IMG/VR virus record: IMGVR_UViG_3300006341_000010
Span: 2,407-66,406 of that record
Source of the DNA: a virus
Direction: 5' to 3' (one strand)
DNA: 64,000 nucleotides
Shown here: positions 30,551-37,836 of the stretch, in pieces
How the letters are laid out: each line of letters begins with the position of its first letter
How positions within the stretch are numbered: the stretch's first letter is position 1
Notes under the pieces: generated by a model
Told to the model about the DNA's origin: nothing
The model's input: only the letters and a program-made list of their open reading frames with translations
Database searches by the model: none
Position numbers and translations under genes: made by a program

Positions 30551-30705
30551 TTTATCTATCTGCACGTACGTATACGCACACGTATATAACTAACTAATAA
30601 CTTCTAACAGGGTGTTTAAGGGCTATAGGTCTGTAAGGGGTGAAATAAAAACATCAATAAAAACAACAATTAACAAACTATTTTAAATTTATTTCAATTT
30701 AATGC

Positions 30706-30735
30706 TTGCAATTAAAATAACATCTGGGCTACTAT
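30706..30735 (+). promoter_or_regulatory. Early promoter P1 (putative)
   Basis: TTGCAA, 18 bp, TACTAT with AT-rich UP-like element. Confidence 0.5.
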
Positions 30736-30825
30736 TTAAATCGTCAACGGGGCAACGCTTCAATAGGTTATCCCAAGGTGCTAAGCTAGACCTTAAAAGT
30801 TTTTCAATTAATTTTGATTTAACGG

Positions 30826-30853
30826 TTGACAAGGCAAACAGGTGGTTTATAAT
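30826..30853 (+). promoter_or_regulatory. Strong early promoter P2 (rrn-like)
   Basis: TTGACA, 16 bp, TATAAT, followed by GACCTCC; UP-like AT tract. Confidence 0.85.
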
Positions 30854-30919
30854 GACCTCCACAAGCTGAGAAAACAGCTTTAACAATCCCTCACTGGCTC
30901 ATATGCTACAGGTGTTATT

Positions 30920-31122
30920 TAATAATTTAGGTTTATACTGGGTAGCTATCTACTCAGTTAGCAAGACTAGAAGCAGCTAGAGGTACAAACTAGCTCACTA
31001 CTAGCAATTGCGTTAACTTTTAGCTGATTCCTCTAGGTAAGGCTATGATAAAGATAATTGCGTTGTGAACCCTGAGCGAGCCTTGATGAACTGACTTACT
31101 TCTCTTAGCCCCTAAATTATTA
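30920..31122 (+). ncRNA. Candidate structured RNA 1
   Basis: 12-bp closing stem TAATAATTTAGG/CCTAAATTATTA; internal hairpins; no ORF. Confidence 0.5.
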
Positions 31123-31123
31123 T

Positions 31124-31136
31124 TGCTCTTTAACAA
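31124..31136 (+). promoter_or_regulatory. boxA antitermination element
   Basis: TGCTCTTTAACAA, exact rrn boxA consensus. Confidence 0.85.
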
Positions 31137-31137
31137 C

Positions 31138-31350
31138 TTGGTTAATTGATTCTTTCAATATATATTTCTTTTGTAGTAATACGATTAATGTATATTGACC
31201 AATCCCCTTAGAACTTGAAGTTATCTAGTGGTAACACTAGACGTACTCCCTGTTTCATAGTATGAACTCCCTGTTTAGTCCAGTCCTAGAGGTGGATAAT
31301 AGTATAAACGAATAGTCGTTGGTGGTTGGTTGAATCAGATAGTTAACCAA
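31138..31350 (+). ncRNA. Candidate structured RNA 2
   Basis: Closing stem TTGGTTAATTGATTC/GAATCA(GATA)GTTAACCAA; TCAATATATATT/AATGTATATTGA stem; TCTAGTG-GTAA-CACTAGA GNRA hairpin. Confidence 0.5.
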
Positions 31351-31363
31351 TTAGTTAAAGTGT

Positions 31364-31413
31364 TAAACTATCAAGCCCTTAAGGCCATTAGGTCTTAGGG
31401 GTTTGGTGGTTTA
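31364..31413 (+). promoter_or_regulatory. Long hairpin, probable RNase III processing site
   Basis: TAAACTATCAAGCCCTTAAGGCC-ATTA-GGTCTTAGGGGTTTGGTGGTTTA. Confidence 0.7.
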
Positions 31414-31482
31414 TTCAAAGTCTATTATCTTTAGTAGGCTTTGACACTTTAATTAACGTAAACACAATGTAAGGAGTCAGTT

Positions 31483-32136
31483 ATGACTACACAAGTAAAT
31501 ACTATCAATACTACCCTATCAGCGGCACAACTACTAGCTAAGATTGAAGAAGTAACAGCAGCGGAAAGAGTTACCAAAGCTGGCCTGTCAGTCTTATCAC
31601 GTGAACTGTTAGCTCATGCGTACGAACACGGAGACGTACAGTTAATCAATACCTTAATGGGTACTGATGATTCTGGTAATTTCCGTTTAACACCTATGAA
31701 CTGGCGTACAGCGGCTATGTATTTCAATAACTTCGTTGCTTTCACTAGCAACTATGAGAAAGACGTACAAGCATTTGCCACTAAAGGTCGTGGTAATCGT
31801 CAGGCATTAGTTTTCAATAAGAAATCTAAGGCTAAGTACGAGCGCTTATTGCCTACTGTTGAAGCATGGTTAGCAGAACCAACCAATGATATTTGGTCAT
31901 GGTCTGATGAAAATGTAACAATGGATGATAAGCAGGTAGATTATCTTAAGAACATTGCTAATGATATTTCAAAAGCAATGGACGAAGAAAAAGGTAATCA
32001 TAGTGCTGTAGAAGTATTAGCGACTATTATTGATAATACTGATATTGACCTAGCAACACTTAAAGCGTTCTTAGAGCGCCCTGTTGAAAGTCCAGCGGTA
32101 CAAGGTGAACCAGAAACAACACAAGTAGCAGCATAG
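31483..32136 (+). CDS. First early protein, function unknown
   Basis: 217 aa, AAGGAG SD, ends QVAA. Confidence 0.75.
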   Translation: MTTQVNTINTTLSAAQLLAKIEEVTAAERVTKAGLSVLSRELLAHAYEHGDVQLINTLMGTDDSGNFRLTPMNWRTAAMYFNNFVAFTSNYEKDVQAFATKGRGNRQALVFNKKSKAKYERLLPTVEAWLAEPTNDIWSWSDENVTMDDKQVDYLKNIANDISKAMDEEKGNHSAVEVLATIIDNTDIDLATLKAFLERPVESPAVQGEPETTQVAA

Positions 32137-32140
32137 CCTA

Positions 32141-32199
32141 GTGTTATACTCGAATCCCTTAAGGCCTTATAGGTCTTAGGGGCTTCTATGAATAACATT
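32141..32199 (+). promoter_or_regulatory. T7 R1.1-type RNase III site
   Basis: TGTTA-TACTC-GAATCCCTTAAGGCC..GGTCTTAGGGGCTTC-TATGAA-TAACA. Confidence 0.75.
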
Positions 32200-32224
32200 A
32201 ATTAACTAAATATGGAATATAACT

Positions 32225-32470
32225 ATGAATAACGTATCTTTCACGATTACGACTAAGCTAAATAATACCAGTGTATTAACTTATAAGGGTTTAACTGCTA
32301 GATCTATGTTTATTAACTTCTATTGTGGGGTTAAAGGGACTGTAAGTCCATCTAGTACTATGCTAGATACAGCTAGTAAGATATTTGATATACTACGAGA
32401 TGGTAATGGTATATATGTTGATCCTGACGGTAATTCATACATGATGCTTGACTTAGATCAAGATAAGTAA
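32225..32470 (+). CDS. Hypothetical early protein
   Basis: 81 aa ORF between RNase III hairpins. Confidence 0.65.
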   Translation: MNNVSFTITTKLNNTSVLTYKGLTARSMFINFYCGVKGTVSPSSTMLDTASKIFDILRDGNGIYVDPDGNSYMMLDLDQDK

Positions 32471-32525
32471 TAAACTAGTAGCCCTTTAGGTCTTTAAGTC
32501 CTAAGGGGTTATTATGATTATTATT
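32467..32525 (+). promoter_or_regulatory. T7 R1.1-type RNase III site
   Basis: TAATA-AACTA-GTAGCCCTTTAGG..CCTAAGGGGTTAT-TATGAT-TATTA. Confidence 0.7.
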
Positions 32526-32554
32526 TAATCCATTAACTACTAAAGGTAATAACT

Positions 32555-32737
32555 ATGCTAAATAATTTATATGATGAATACCCTATTGACTGTAAACCTA
32601 AAGTTCAAATCAAAGGTAATATTGTCATGAATAAACATGGTGATGTTGTATGTTCAGTTGGATGCTTAGAGGCTTATTTCTCTAATCAACTAACACCCAA
32701 GGCTAAAGAAGTAATAGAGAGTTATTTATATGTCTAG
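32555..32737 (+). CDS. Hypothetical early protein
   Basis: 60 aa; contains VMNKHGDVVCSV. Confidence 0.6.
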   Translation: MLNNLYDEYPIDCKPKVQIKGNIVMNKHGDVVCSVGCLEAYFSNQLTPKAKEVIESYLYV

Positions 32738-32912
32738 TATATTTTATGTAATCACTGTTATATTGTTAGTACTTGCATTTATTGCCAACCTATTAAGTTC
32801 CATACCATTTTTAATTAAATCTAAGGAATTTCATCAAGGTTGTGCGGTAAGTTATGCAATTAGTGGGTTCATAGTCCTAATAATAGGGCTAATTCTCACT
32901 GTAAGCGTCTAG
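32730..32912 (+). CDS. Small two-TM membrane protein
   Basis: 60 aa, two hydrophobic stretches. Confidence 0.6.
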   Translation: MSSIFYVITVILLVLAFIANLLSSIPFLIKSKEFHQGCAVSYAISGFIVLIIGLILTVSV

Positions 32913-33012
32913 GAGCGCTTTTAAGAGGGTATCTGGTACAATGGTACTGGGTATCTTCCTAAAAGCTCTTACAATCCCGTATAGGGCTTTATAACTAACT
33001 AAGGAAATAACT

Positions 33013-33168
33013 ATGAGCAGAAAAATGATTAATGTAACAATCCACCGTCCAGCAGTTTCTCAAATCCAAGAGATTCCTAAGGCTAAACAAGTTCTAGTAA
33101 TGAACAAGTATGGTGTTGTTAAATCTATTTGCCAAAAAGCTGACTATAAGATGAGTTCAGCGGCCTAA
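33013..33168 (+). CDS. Small early protein (51 aa, not in ORF track)
   Basis: AAGGA SD; MSRKMINVTIHRPAVSQIQEIPKAKQVLVMNKYGVVKSICQKADYKMSSAA. Confidence 0.65.
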   Translation: MSRKMINVTIHRPAVSQIQEIPKAKQVLVMNKYGVVKSICQKADYKMSSAA

Positions 33169-33503
33169 GTGCAGACTCGAAGCCCTTTAGACCATCCAGC
33201 CTTGTTGCGTTCACCGTAATGGCTAAAAGGTCTGAGGGGTTTCTCTGGGTGTACTTTCCCATATTCCTTTAAATATATACTCAAAGCTATTTAAATCTGT
33301 TGATTACCCAATAGTGGTGGTTTAAGTAGCTTTTATGAATATATTTCCATTCCTTATATTTATGTATGATATACTCAAAGTCCTTGTTGCAGCAGGGGCT
33401 TTTATGAATATCATAGATGTTCCTTTTAGTTAATGTTATACTCAAAGTCCTTAGGTTTTCGTAGATCTCTGATCTCTTCCTAGGGGCTTTTTTGAATAAC
33501 ATT
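33168..33503 (+). repeat. Array of four RNase III-type hairpins with no intervening genes
   Basis: Hairpins at ~33168-33255, 33271-33346, 33365-33415, 33432-33503; hairpins 2-4 share TACTCAAAG...GCTTTT(A/T)TGAATA. Confidence 0.8.
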
Positions 33504-33533
33504 TCGTTATTTATTTAACTAATAAACAAAACT

Positions 33534-34088
33534 ATGAATGTATTTTACCTTAATCACGACCCTGAGCAGGCTGCATTAGATCATTGTAGTCAGCATAGAG
33601 GTAAGATGATAATAGAATATTGCCAGATATTGAGTACAGCTCACCGGCTTTTAGATAACATTGATGATGATAACGAAGATTACTATAAAGTAACTCATGT
33701 TAATCATCCCTCTGTTGTCTGGGCTAGGGAGTCTAAGTACAATTATATGTGGGTATATCGTTGTATGGCTAAATTAGCTCAGTTAATGCCTAATATAGCC
33801 CCTCAGCGCCTTGTGAAGCTATTATCTAAACCGCCGATGAATATACCCTCTACCCCATTCTTTTATCCTCCTGTAGCAGCTCCTAGTTGCTTTAAGGAGT
33901 TAGCTAAACGGAATGGTGTTGTGTATGCTTATCAACATTATTGTAACTACAAGTTCTTCGTTTGGAGAATTAGAGACTATAAGCAGCGGATATATGTTTA
34001 TTTTCATAATCGACCATCATGGTATGTTAGGCTTAAGAAACCTAACTGGGATTATGTTAATGAAGTTATAGAAGCTGATATGAAGTAG
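33534..34088 (+). CDS. Pyrimidine-dimer DNA glycosylase (DenV)-related protein
   Basis: MNVFYLNHDPEQAALDHCSQHRGKMIIEYCQILSTAH...THVNHPSVVWARES..NY.W. Confidence 0.75.
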   Translation: MNVFYLNHDPEQAALDHCSQHRGKMIIEYCQILSTAHRLLDNIDDDNEDYYKVTHVNHPSVVWARESKYNYMWVYRCMAKLAQLMPNIAPQRLVKLLSKPPMNIPSTPFFYPPVAAPSCFKELAKRNGVVYAYQHYCNYKFFVWRIRDYKQRIYVYFHNRPSWYVRLKKPNWDYVNEVIEADMK

Positions 34089-34133
34089 CAAACTCGATGC
34101 AGTCTCATTAGGCTGTATTTATGATTGTTATTA
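34086..34133 (+). promoter_or_regulatory. T7 R1.1-type RNase III site
   Basis: TAGCA-AACTC-GATGCAGTCT..AGGCTGTATT-TATGAT-TGTTA. Confidence 0.7.
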
Positions 34134-34155
34134 ATCAAAACTAAGAGAGTTAATT

Positions 34156-34752
34156 ATGAAAAGTCAATTTAGAGCTGTCAATGAGATAACTTTACCATAT
34201 ATCAATGGTGAGTTTTCTATGATCCCTTTCGACCTTGAGACTCTCTCAGGTTTACCCCGAGATTTACAAAAGGTTGCTAAGGATATGCTCCAAGGTCTTA
34301 AAACCCTCACTGGAACTGCTTATTTTACCATTCACGGTAAGACCTTGAAGGCCAAAGGGACTTTAAGACGTGGTGGGGCGCACATTGATGGCAACTATGA
34401 GCCACACTTGATGTCCTTTGGGGGTTCAGGTGGTGGTAATGGTTGGAAAGTTGGTGAAAATGGCCCTGCTATTAACACTAACTTGCACGATAGACAGTAT
34501 AATAATCCTAACGGTGGTGTTATCTTGGCTACAAACTTCGCTAGCTGCTTAGGTTGGCAAGGTGAGTACGATGGTATGCCTAATGTTGGTGGTGATTGTA
34601 GTCATATTAAGCTAGATCAGCCTGAATTGCTCAAAGAAGACCTAGTGTATTATGGTAATAACCACTTTATACATGAATCTTTGCCTGTTGACAGAGACGT
34701 CCACCGTGTATTTGCTCGGATAACGTTACCTGAAGACCATATATACCAGTAG
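34156..34752 (+). CDS. 2OG-Fe(II) oxygenase-like protein
   Basis: GAHIDG (HxD) ... FIHESLP ... RVFARIT. Confidence 0.6.
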   Translation: MKSQFRAVNEITLPYINGEFSMIPFDLETLSGLPRDLQKVAKDMLQGLKTLTGTAYFTIHGKTLKAKGTLRRGGAHIDGNYEPHLMSFGGSGGGNGWKVGENGPAINTNLHDRQYNNPNGGVILATNFASCLGWQGEYDGMPNVGGDCSHIKLDQPELLKEDLVYYGNNHFIHESLPVDRDVHRVFARITLPEDHIYQ

Positions 34753-34797
34753 CAAACTAGAAGCAACCCTACGGGGTTGTTTTTATGATTGTTATTT
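34749..34797 (+). promoter_or_regulatory. T7 R1.1-type RNase III site
   Basis: TAGCA-AACTA-GAAGCAACCC-TACG-GGGTTGTTTT-TATGAT-TGTTA. Confidence 0.7.
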
Positions 34798-34842
34798 ATA
34801 CAATCTAACACTTTGTTTAAACTAATATGGAGTTATTTAACT

Positions 34843-35031
34843 ATGAAATATTTTAAAGTTGTATCGAATGTTACTGGTAAAACGGTTGTATCAGGGATTA
34901 ATAAGAAATCAACTGCTAAAGCTGACAGAGATAAACTGAACGCTGACGCAGGTTTTGTGTTTAATCCCGAAAAACCTAACGCCCCTATGCCTTTTAAGGT
35001 ATCTAAGGACGTCGATCACCCTAAGTACTAG
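34843..35031 (+). CDS. Hypothetical early protein
   Basis: GGAG SD places the start at ATG 34843 (MKYFKVV). Confidence 0.65.
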   Translation: MKYFKVVSNVTGKTVVSGINKKSTAKADRDKLNADAGFVFNPEKPNAPMPFKVSKDVDHPKY

Positions 35032-35040
35032 GAGGCTATT

Positions 35041-36120
35041 ATGGCTAATTGGTACGATAAAGGTAATTTTGTCTTTAAGGACTTAGAGAGCTATAAGATC
35101 TTCATTGATAAGGTAGTAGACTATTTTGAAATAGGATGTACTGATGAAGAACAGGATAGTCTCCTATCTTGGGAGTATTCTGAAAACGAATGGGAACGCA
35201 TAACACAGACGTATGATGAAGGAGGTAATGCTTTTTCTAGATACCTCTGCTTTTCTTCCCCTTACGTTAAAGGAAAAATCAATGATAATGATGGTAGTTT
35301 AGACCTTTATGATTTAATCGTTGACGGTAATAGTACCTATACATACAGGAAAGTCCCTATCAACCAAAAGATCTTTAATGAGCTTATTGAAACTAAACAC
35401 CTAGTTCCCAAAAAAGTTAACCCTAAACAGTTAACCTTTTGGAATGCTAAGGCAGGGATGTATATCACTAATGCAGGTGCTAGAAATTGTACCTTTAAAC
35501 TCAGGGAAATAAGGCATGTATGCGGTAGTGAGATTGTTCTATGTAACGGTTCTAAGATCACTACAGATAGTCAGTGTAGTTATTGGTCAATCTTAGAGAA
35601 CTCTGAAGTTGAGCCTCTATATAAGGAATACTTCGAAGCGTATGAAGATACCCATACTTTCTATAAGAAGTGGGTTGAAAAACAAATTAAAGCAGTTAAA
35701 GTTGAACCACCACAGGAAAATACAACAATGCAAAAGTTAAAACAAACAGCAGTAGCAACAGCAGTAGCAAACAAATCAGCGGGTATTGAAGCAGCTAAGT
35801 TAAAAGTAGGTAAAACTGCTAATAATGCAGCGGCTAAGATGATTAAGCCTAAACTCCCTATGGGTTTTAAAGGTGCAGCAGACCATCCCCTGTTTAAAAT
35901 TGCAATTGCTAATGCAGCATCCTTCGCAGTCCAGCAGATAGGTTCTCAGAACCCTAAAGCTCTTGCGATTACCGAAGCCATGATGACCTCAGCTTACTAT
36001 GAGCTAGTAGATCAGATTGACGTTGAGGGTATGCTTGATGAACTTCTAGGTAAGTTCAATGGCTCAGCGGTTGATAAGCTCGTAGAAGCTAAGGCCGAAC
36101 AAATTACTATTGATGAGTAA
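35041..36120 (+). CDS. Two-domain hypothetical protein; possible internal start at 35728
   Basis: 359 aa; AGGAGG SD; Ala/Lys-rich helical C-terminal domain preceded by CAGGA...ATG. Confidence 0.7.
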   Translation: MANWYDKGNFVFKDLESYKIFIDKVVDYFEIGCTDEEQDSLLSWEYSENEWERITQTYDEGGNAFSRYLCFSSPYVKGKINDNDGSLDLYDLIVDGNSTYTYRKVPINQKIFNELIETKHLVPKKVNPKQLTFWNAKAGMYITNAGARNCTFKLREIRHVCGSEIVLCNGSKITTDSQCSYWSILENSEVEPLYKEYFEAYEDTHTFYKKWVEKQIKAVKVEPPQENTTMQKLKQTAVATAVANKSAGIEAAKLKVGKTANNAAAKMIKPKLPMGFKGAADHPLFKIAIANAASFAVQQIGSQNPKALAITEAMMTSAYYELVDQIDVEGMLDELLGKFNGSAVDKLVEAKAEQITIDE

Positions 36121-36166
36121 TAAACTAGTAGCCCTTAAGTAATTAGGGGCTATTATGATTGTTATT
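36118..36166 (+). promoter_or_regulatory. T7 R1.1-type RNase III site upstream of tRNA
   Basis: AATA-AACTA-GTAGCCCTTAA-GTAA-TTAGGGGCTAT-TATGAT-TGTT. Confidence 0.7.
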
Positions 36167-36186
36167 CTTGGAGATTAACTAATTAA

Positions 36187-36263
36187 GTCCTCGTAGCTCA
36201 GATGGATAGAGCGACGGCCTCCTAAGCCGTAGGTCACTGGTTCGAATCCAGTCGGGGACGCCA
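36187..36263 (+). tRNA. tRNA-Arg(CCT)
   Basis: GTCCTCG/CGGGGAC acceptor stem, AGCTCAGATGGATAGAGC D-arm, ACGGC-CTCCTAA-GCCGT anticodon arm, GGTTCGAATCC T-arm, encoded CCA. Confidence 0.95.
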
Positions 36264-36346
36264 TATTGTGAGTAAGCCTATCGCTATATAAGATATACGG
36301 CTGGGGTACAGCGATGTAACAGGTTCGAGTCCTAACCACAATACCA
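36264..36346 (+). other. tRNA-like element / pseudo-tRNA
   Basis: TATTGTG/CACAATA stem + CCA, AGG-TTCGAGT-CCT T-loop, no canonical D or anticodon arm. Confidence 0.55.
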
Positions 36347-36373
36347 CATTAACTAACTAAAGAGGAATAGATT

Positions 36374-36517
36374 ATGATTATATTAGCAATGATATTTTCT
36401 TTCATATTCGCCCTGTTTGCTATGGTAAATAGTGAAGAAGAAAACCATGTACGTTGTGTTATCTATTGGGCTTTGAGTCTTGTTTGTATCTCTTATATTT
36501 ACCTACAGACTAACTAA
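36374..36517 (+). CDS. Small membrane protein (47 aa)
   Basis: GAGGA SD; two hydrophobic segments. Confidence 0.55.
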   Translation: MIILAMIFSFIFALFAMVNSEEENHVRCVIYWALSLVCISYIYLQTN

Positions 36518-36530
36518 TAGAGGAAACATT

Positions 36531-36722
36531 ATGGAAATTTATTTAATAGGTTTAGTAGTTAGTCTCGTACTTTGTATTTTACTTGAGTTGTTCCTACCTA
36601 GTAAGGTTGATTCTGGGACTGTAGGTGGTATTATGTTTACCATGGCTATATTATCATGGGCAGGGGTATTACTTCTGTTTTGTGGGTGTATAGCTAAAGC
36701 CCTTAAGTACCTAAGGAGTTAA
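36531..36722 (+). CDS. Small membrane protein
   Basis: GAGGA SD before MEIYLIG; two TM segments. Confidence 0.65.
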   Translation: MEIYLIGLVVSLVLCILLELFLPSKVDSGTVGGIMFTMAILSWAGVLLLFCGCIAKALKYLRS

Positions 36723-36723
36723 C

Positions 36724-36948
36724 ATGTTCTCATTCTCAGTATATTTAATTTCAATAGCTATCATTTGGTTGTTTGGTTATGTATTTATACTCACAGATAA
36801 CCAAACTGAACCTAATGTTAAAGTATTATCTGTATCATTTGTATGCTTAATCCTCAGTACCCTAGGGCCTGTAGGGGCTTTATGGATGGTATTTTCTGTC
36901 TTACTTATCGTAACTCAATTATTATGGAACAAATATGTGCGAGGATAG
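36724..36948 (+). CDS. Small membrane protein
   Basis: AAGGAG SD; hydrophobic. Confidence 0.65.
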   Translation: MFSFSVYLISIAIIWLFGYVFILTDNQTEPNVKVLSVSFVCLILSTLGPVGALWMVFSVLLIVTQLLWNKYVRG

Positions 36949-37111
36949 CAGGGTATTAGAAGCAATAGCAACAGTGTTGTTGGTGGTTTTTGCATTAGTA
37001 TGTTATTTACACGAACCCTTTTACATTAAGTTAACAGGCGGAGTGTTAGTTGGTTTGATTATAATTATAAATATTATTGATTATTTCGAATCAAAGGTTG
37101 ACAAGAAGTGA
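36935..37111 (+). CDS. Small membrane protein (58 aa)
   Basis: Two hydrophobic segments; overlaps previous gene. Confidence 0.5.
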   Translation: MCEDSRVLEAIATVLLVVFALVCYLHEPFYIKLTGGVLVGLIIIINIIDYFESKVDKK

Positions 37112-37126
37112 AAAGTGTGATATAAT
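37098..37126 (+). promoter_or_regulatory. Consensus sigma70 promoter with extended -10
   Basis: TTGACA(37098-103), 17 bp, TGa-TATAAT(37121-26). Confidence 0.85.
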
Positions 37127-37201
37127 ATTAAGTATACCTTAAGGTCTTTAGGTTTATTTATTATTTATATCTATAATATTAATTAATATAGGAATATAAC
37201 T

Positions 37202-37831
37202 ATGATAGATTATATCTTTAGTACCTTTGGGTACATACCTGTCCTTAAGAGTCTTGCAGTATTATTAATTACTATGATTCTCTTATCCATCCTAGCTTTA
37301 GTAGTTAATGCTATTGCTTACTTCGCTTTAGCTCAAGATGATTTAGACAAACCCCTGTTTAAAATCACTGGGTTATTCTCTAAGATCTTTAAGTTCTTAA
37401 TGGTTCCTCAGATTAAATGGAACAGTAATTATTACTCTTATACTTGGGGTAATTTACTCCCTTTCCTATCTAATAAATTATTCACAAATCATGAATATAC
37501 CCAATGTTATCTACGGAAATATGGTGATGATTCAATTGGTGGTTGTTCAGATTATAAAAGAGCATTGGATTGCTACCTAGAACCTAATCACTCCTCAGCT
37601 ACCTTAGGTATATCTTTTTGGCATATAGCTTGTTTGCTATTCCGCTTAGTACTTGCTGGTATATTCCTTGATTTATCTTTATTAGCTTTTACCTACTCCC
37701 CTCTCGCAACTTTATCTGTCCTAGGTACTATCTCTACCCTGTTCGCTACCCGATTCATCTCTAAGAAGCTGTGGAAAGTTACGGCTAAAACTGACAACCA
37801 TGAAGACCGTATCTCTAAGTTAGAAGGTTAA
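37202..37831 (+). CDS. Membrane protein paralogue 1
   Basis: TM, QDDLDKPLF, variable loop, TMs, KLWKVTAKTDNHEDRISKLEG. Confidence 0.75.
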   Translation: MIDYIFSTFGYIPVLKSLAVLLITMILLSILALVVNAIAYFALAQDDLDKPLFKITGLFSKIFKFLMVPQIKWNSNYYSYTWGNLLPFLSNKLFTNHEYTQCYLRKYGDDSIGGCSDYKRALDCYLEPNHSSATLGISFWHIACLLFRLVLAGIFLDLSLLAFTYSPLATLSVLGTISTLFATRFISKKLWKVTAKTDNHEDRISKLEG

Positions 37832-37836
37832 TAATT

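Noticed and set aside
30689-30886. 65-aa - strand ORF
   Set aside because: Overlaps the early promoters; no SD
31060-31100. Hammerhead ribozyme core
   Set aside because: CTGAGCGA and TTGATGA do not match CUGANGA with the required GAAA and stems
33287-33502. 71-aa - strand ORF
   Set aside because: Antisense to the early transcript, no SD, lies across the hairpin array
33168-33503. CRISPR array or integron attC cassettes
   Set aside because: Repeats are hairpin arms matching the RNase III-site pattern; no constant direct repeat, no GTTRRRY cores, no integrase
5645-37360. CCCTGTT as a phage-sigma promoter motif
   Set aside because: Occurs on both strands and inside genes without consistent spacing to starts; needs motif statistics
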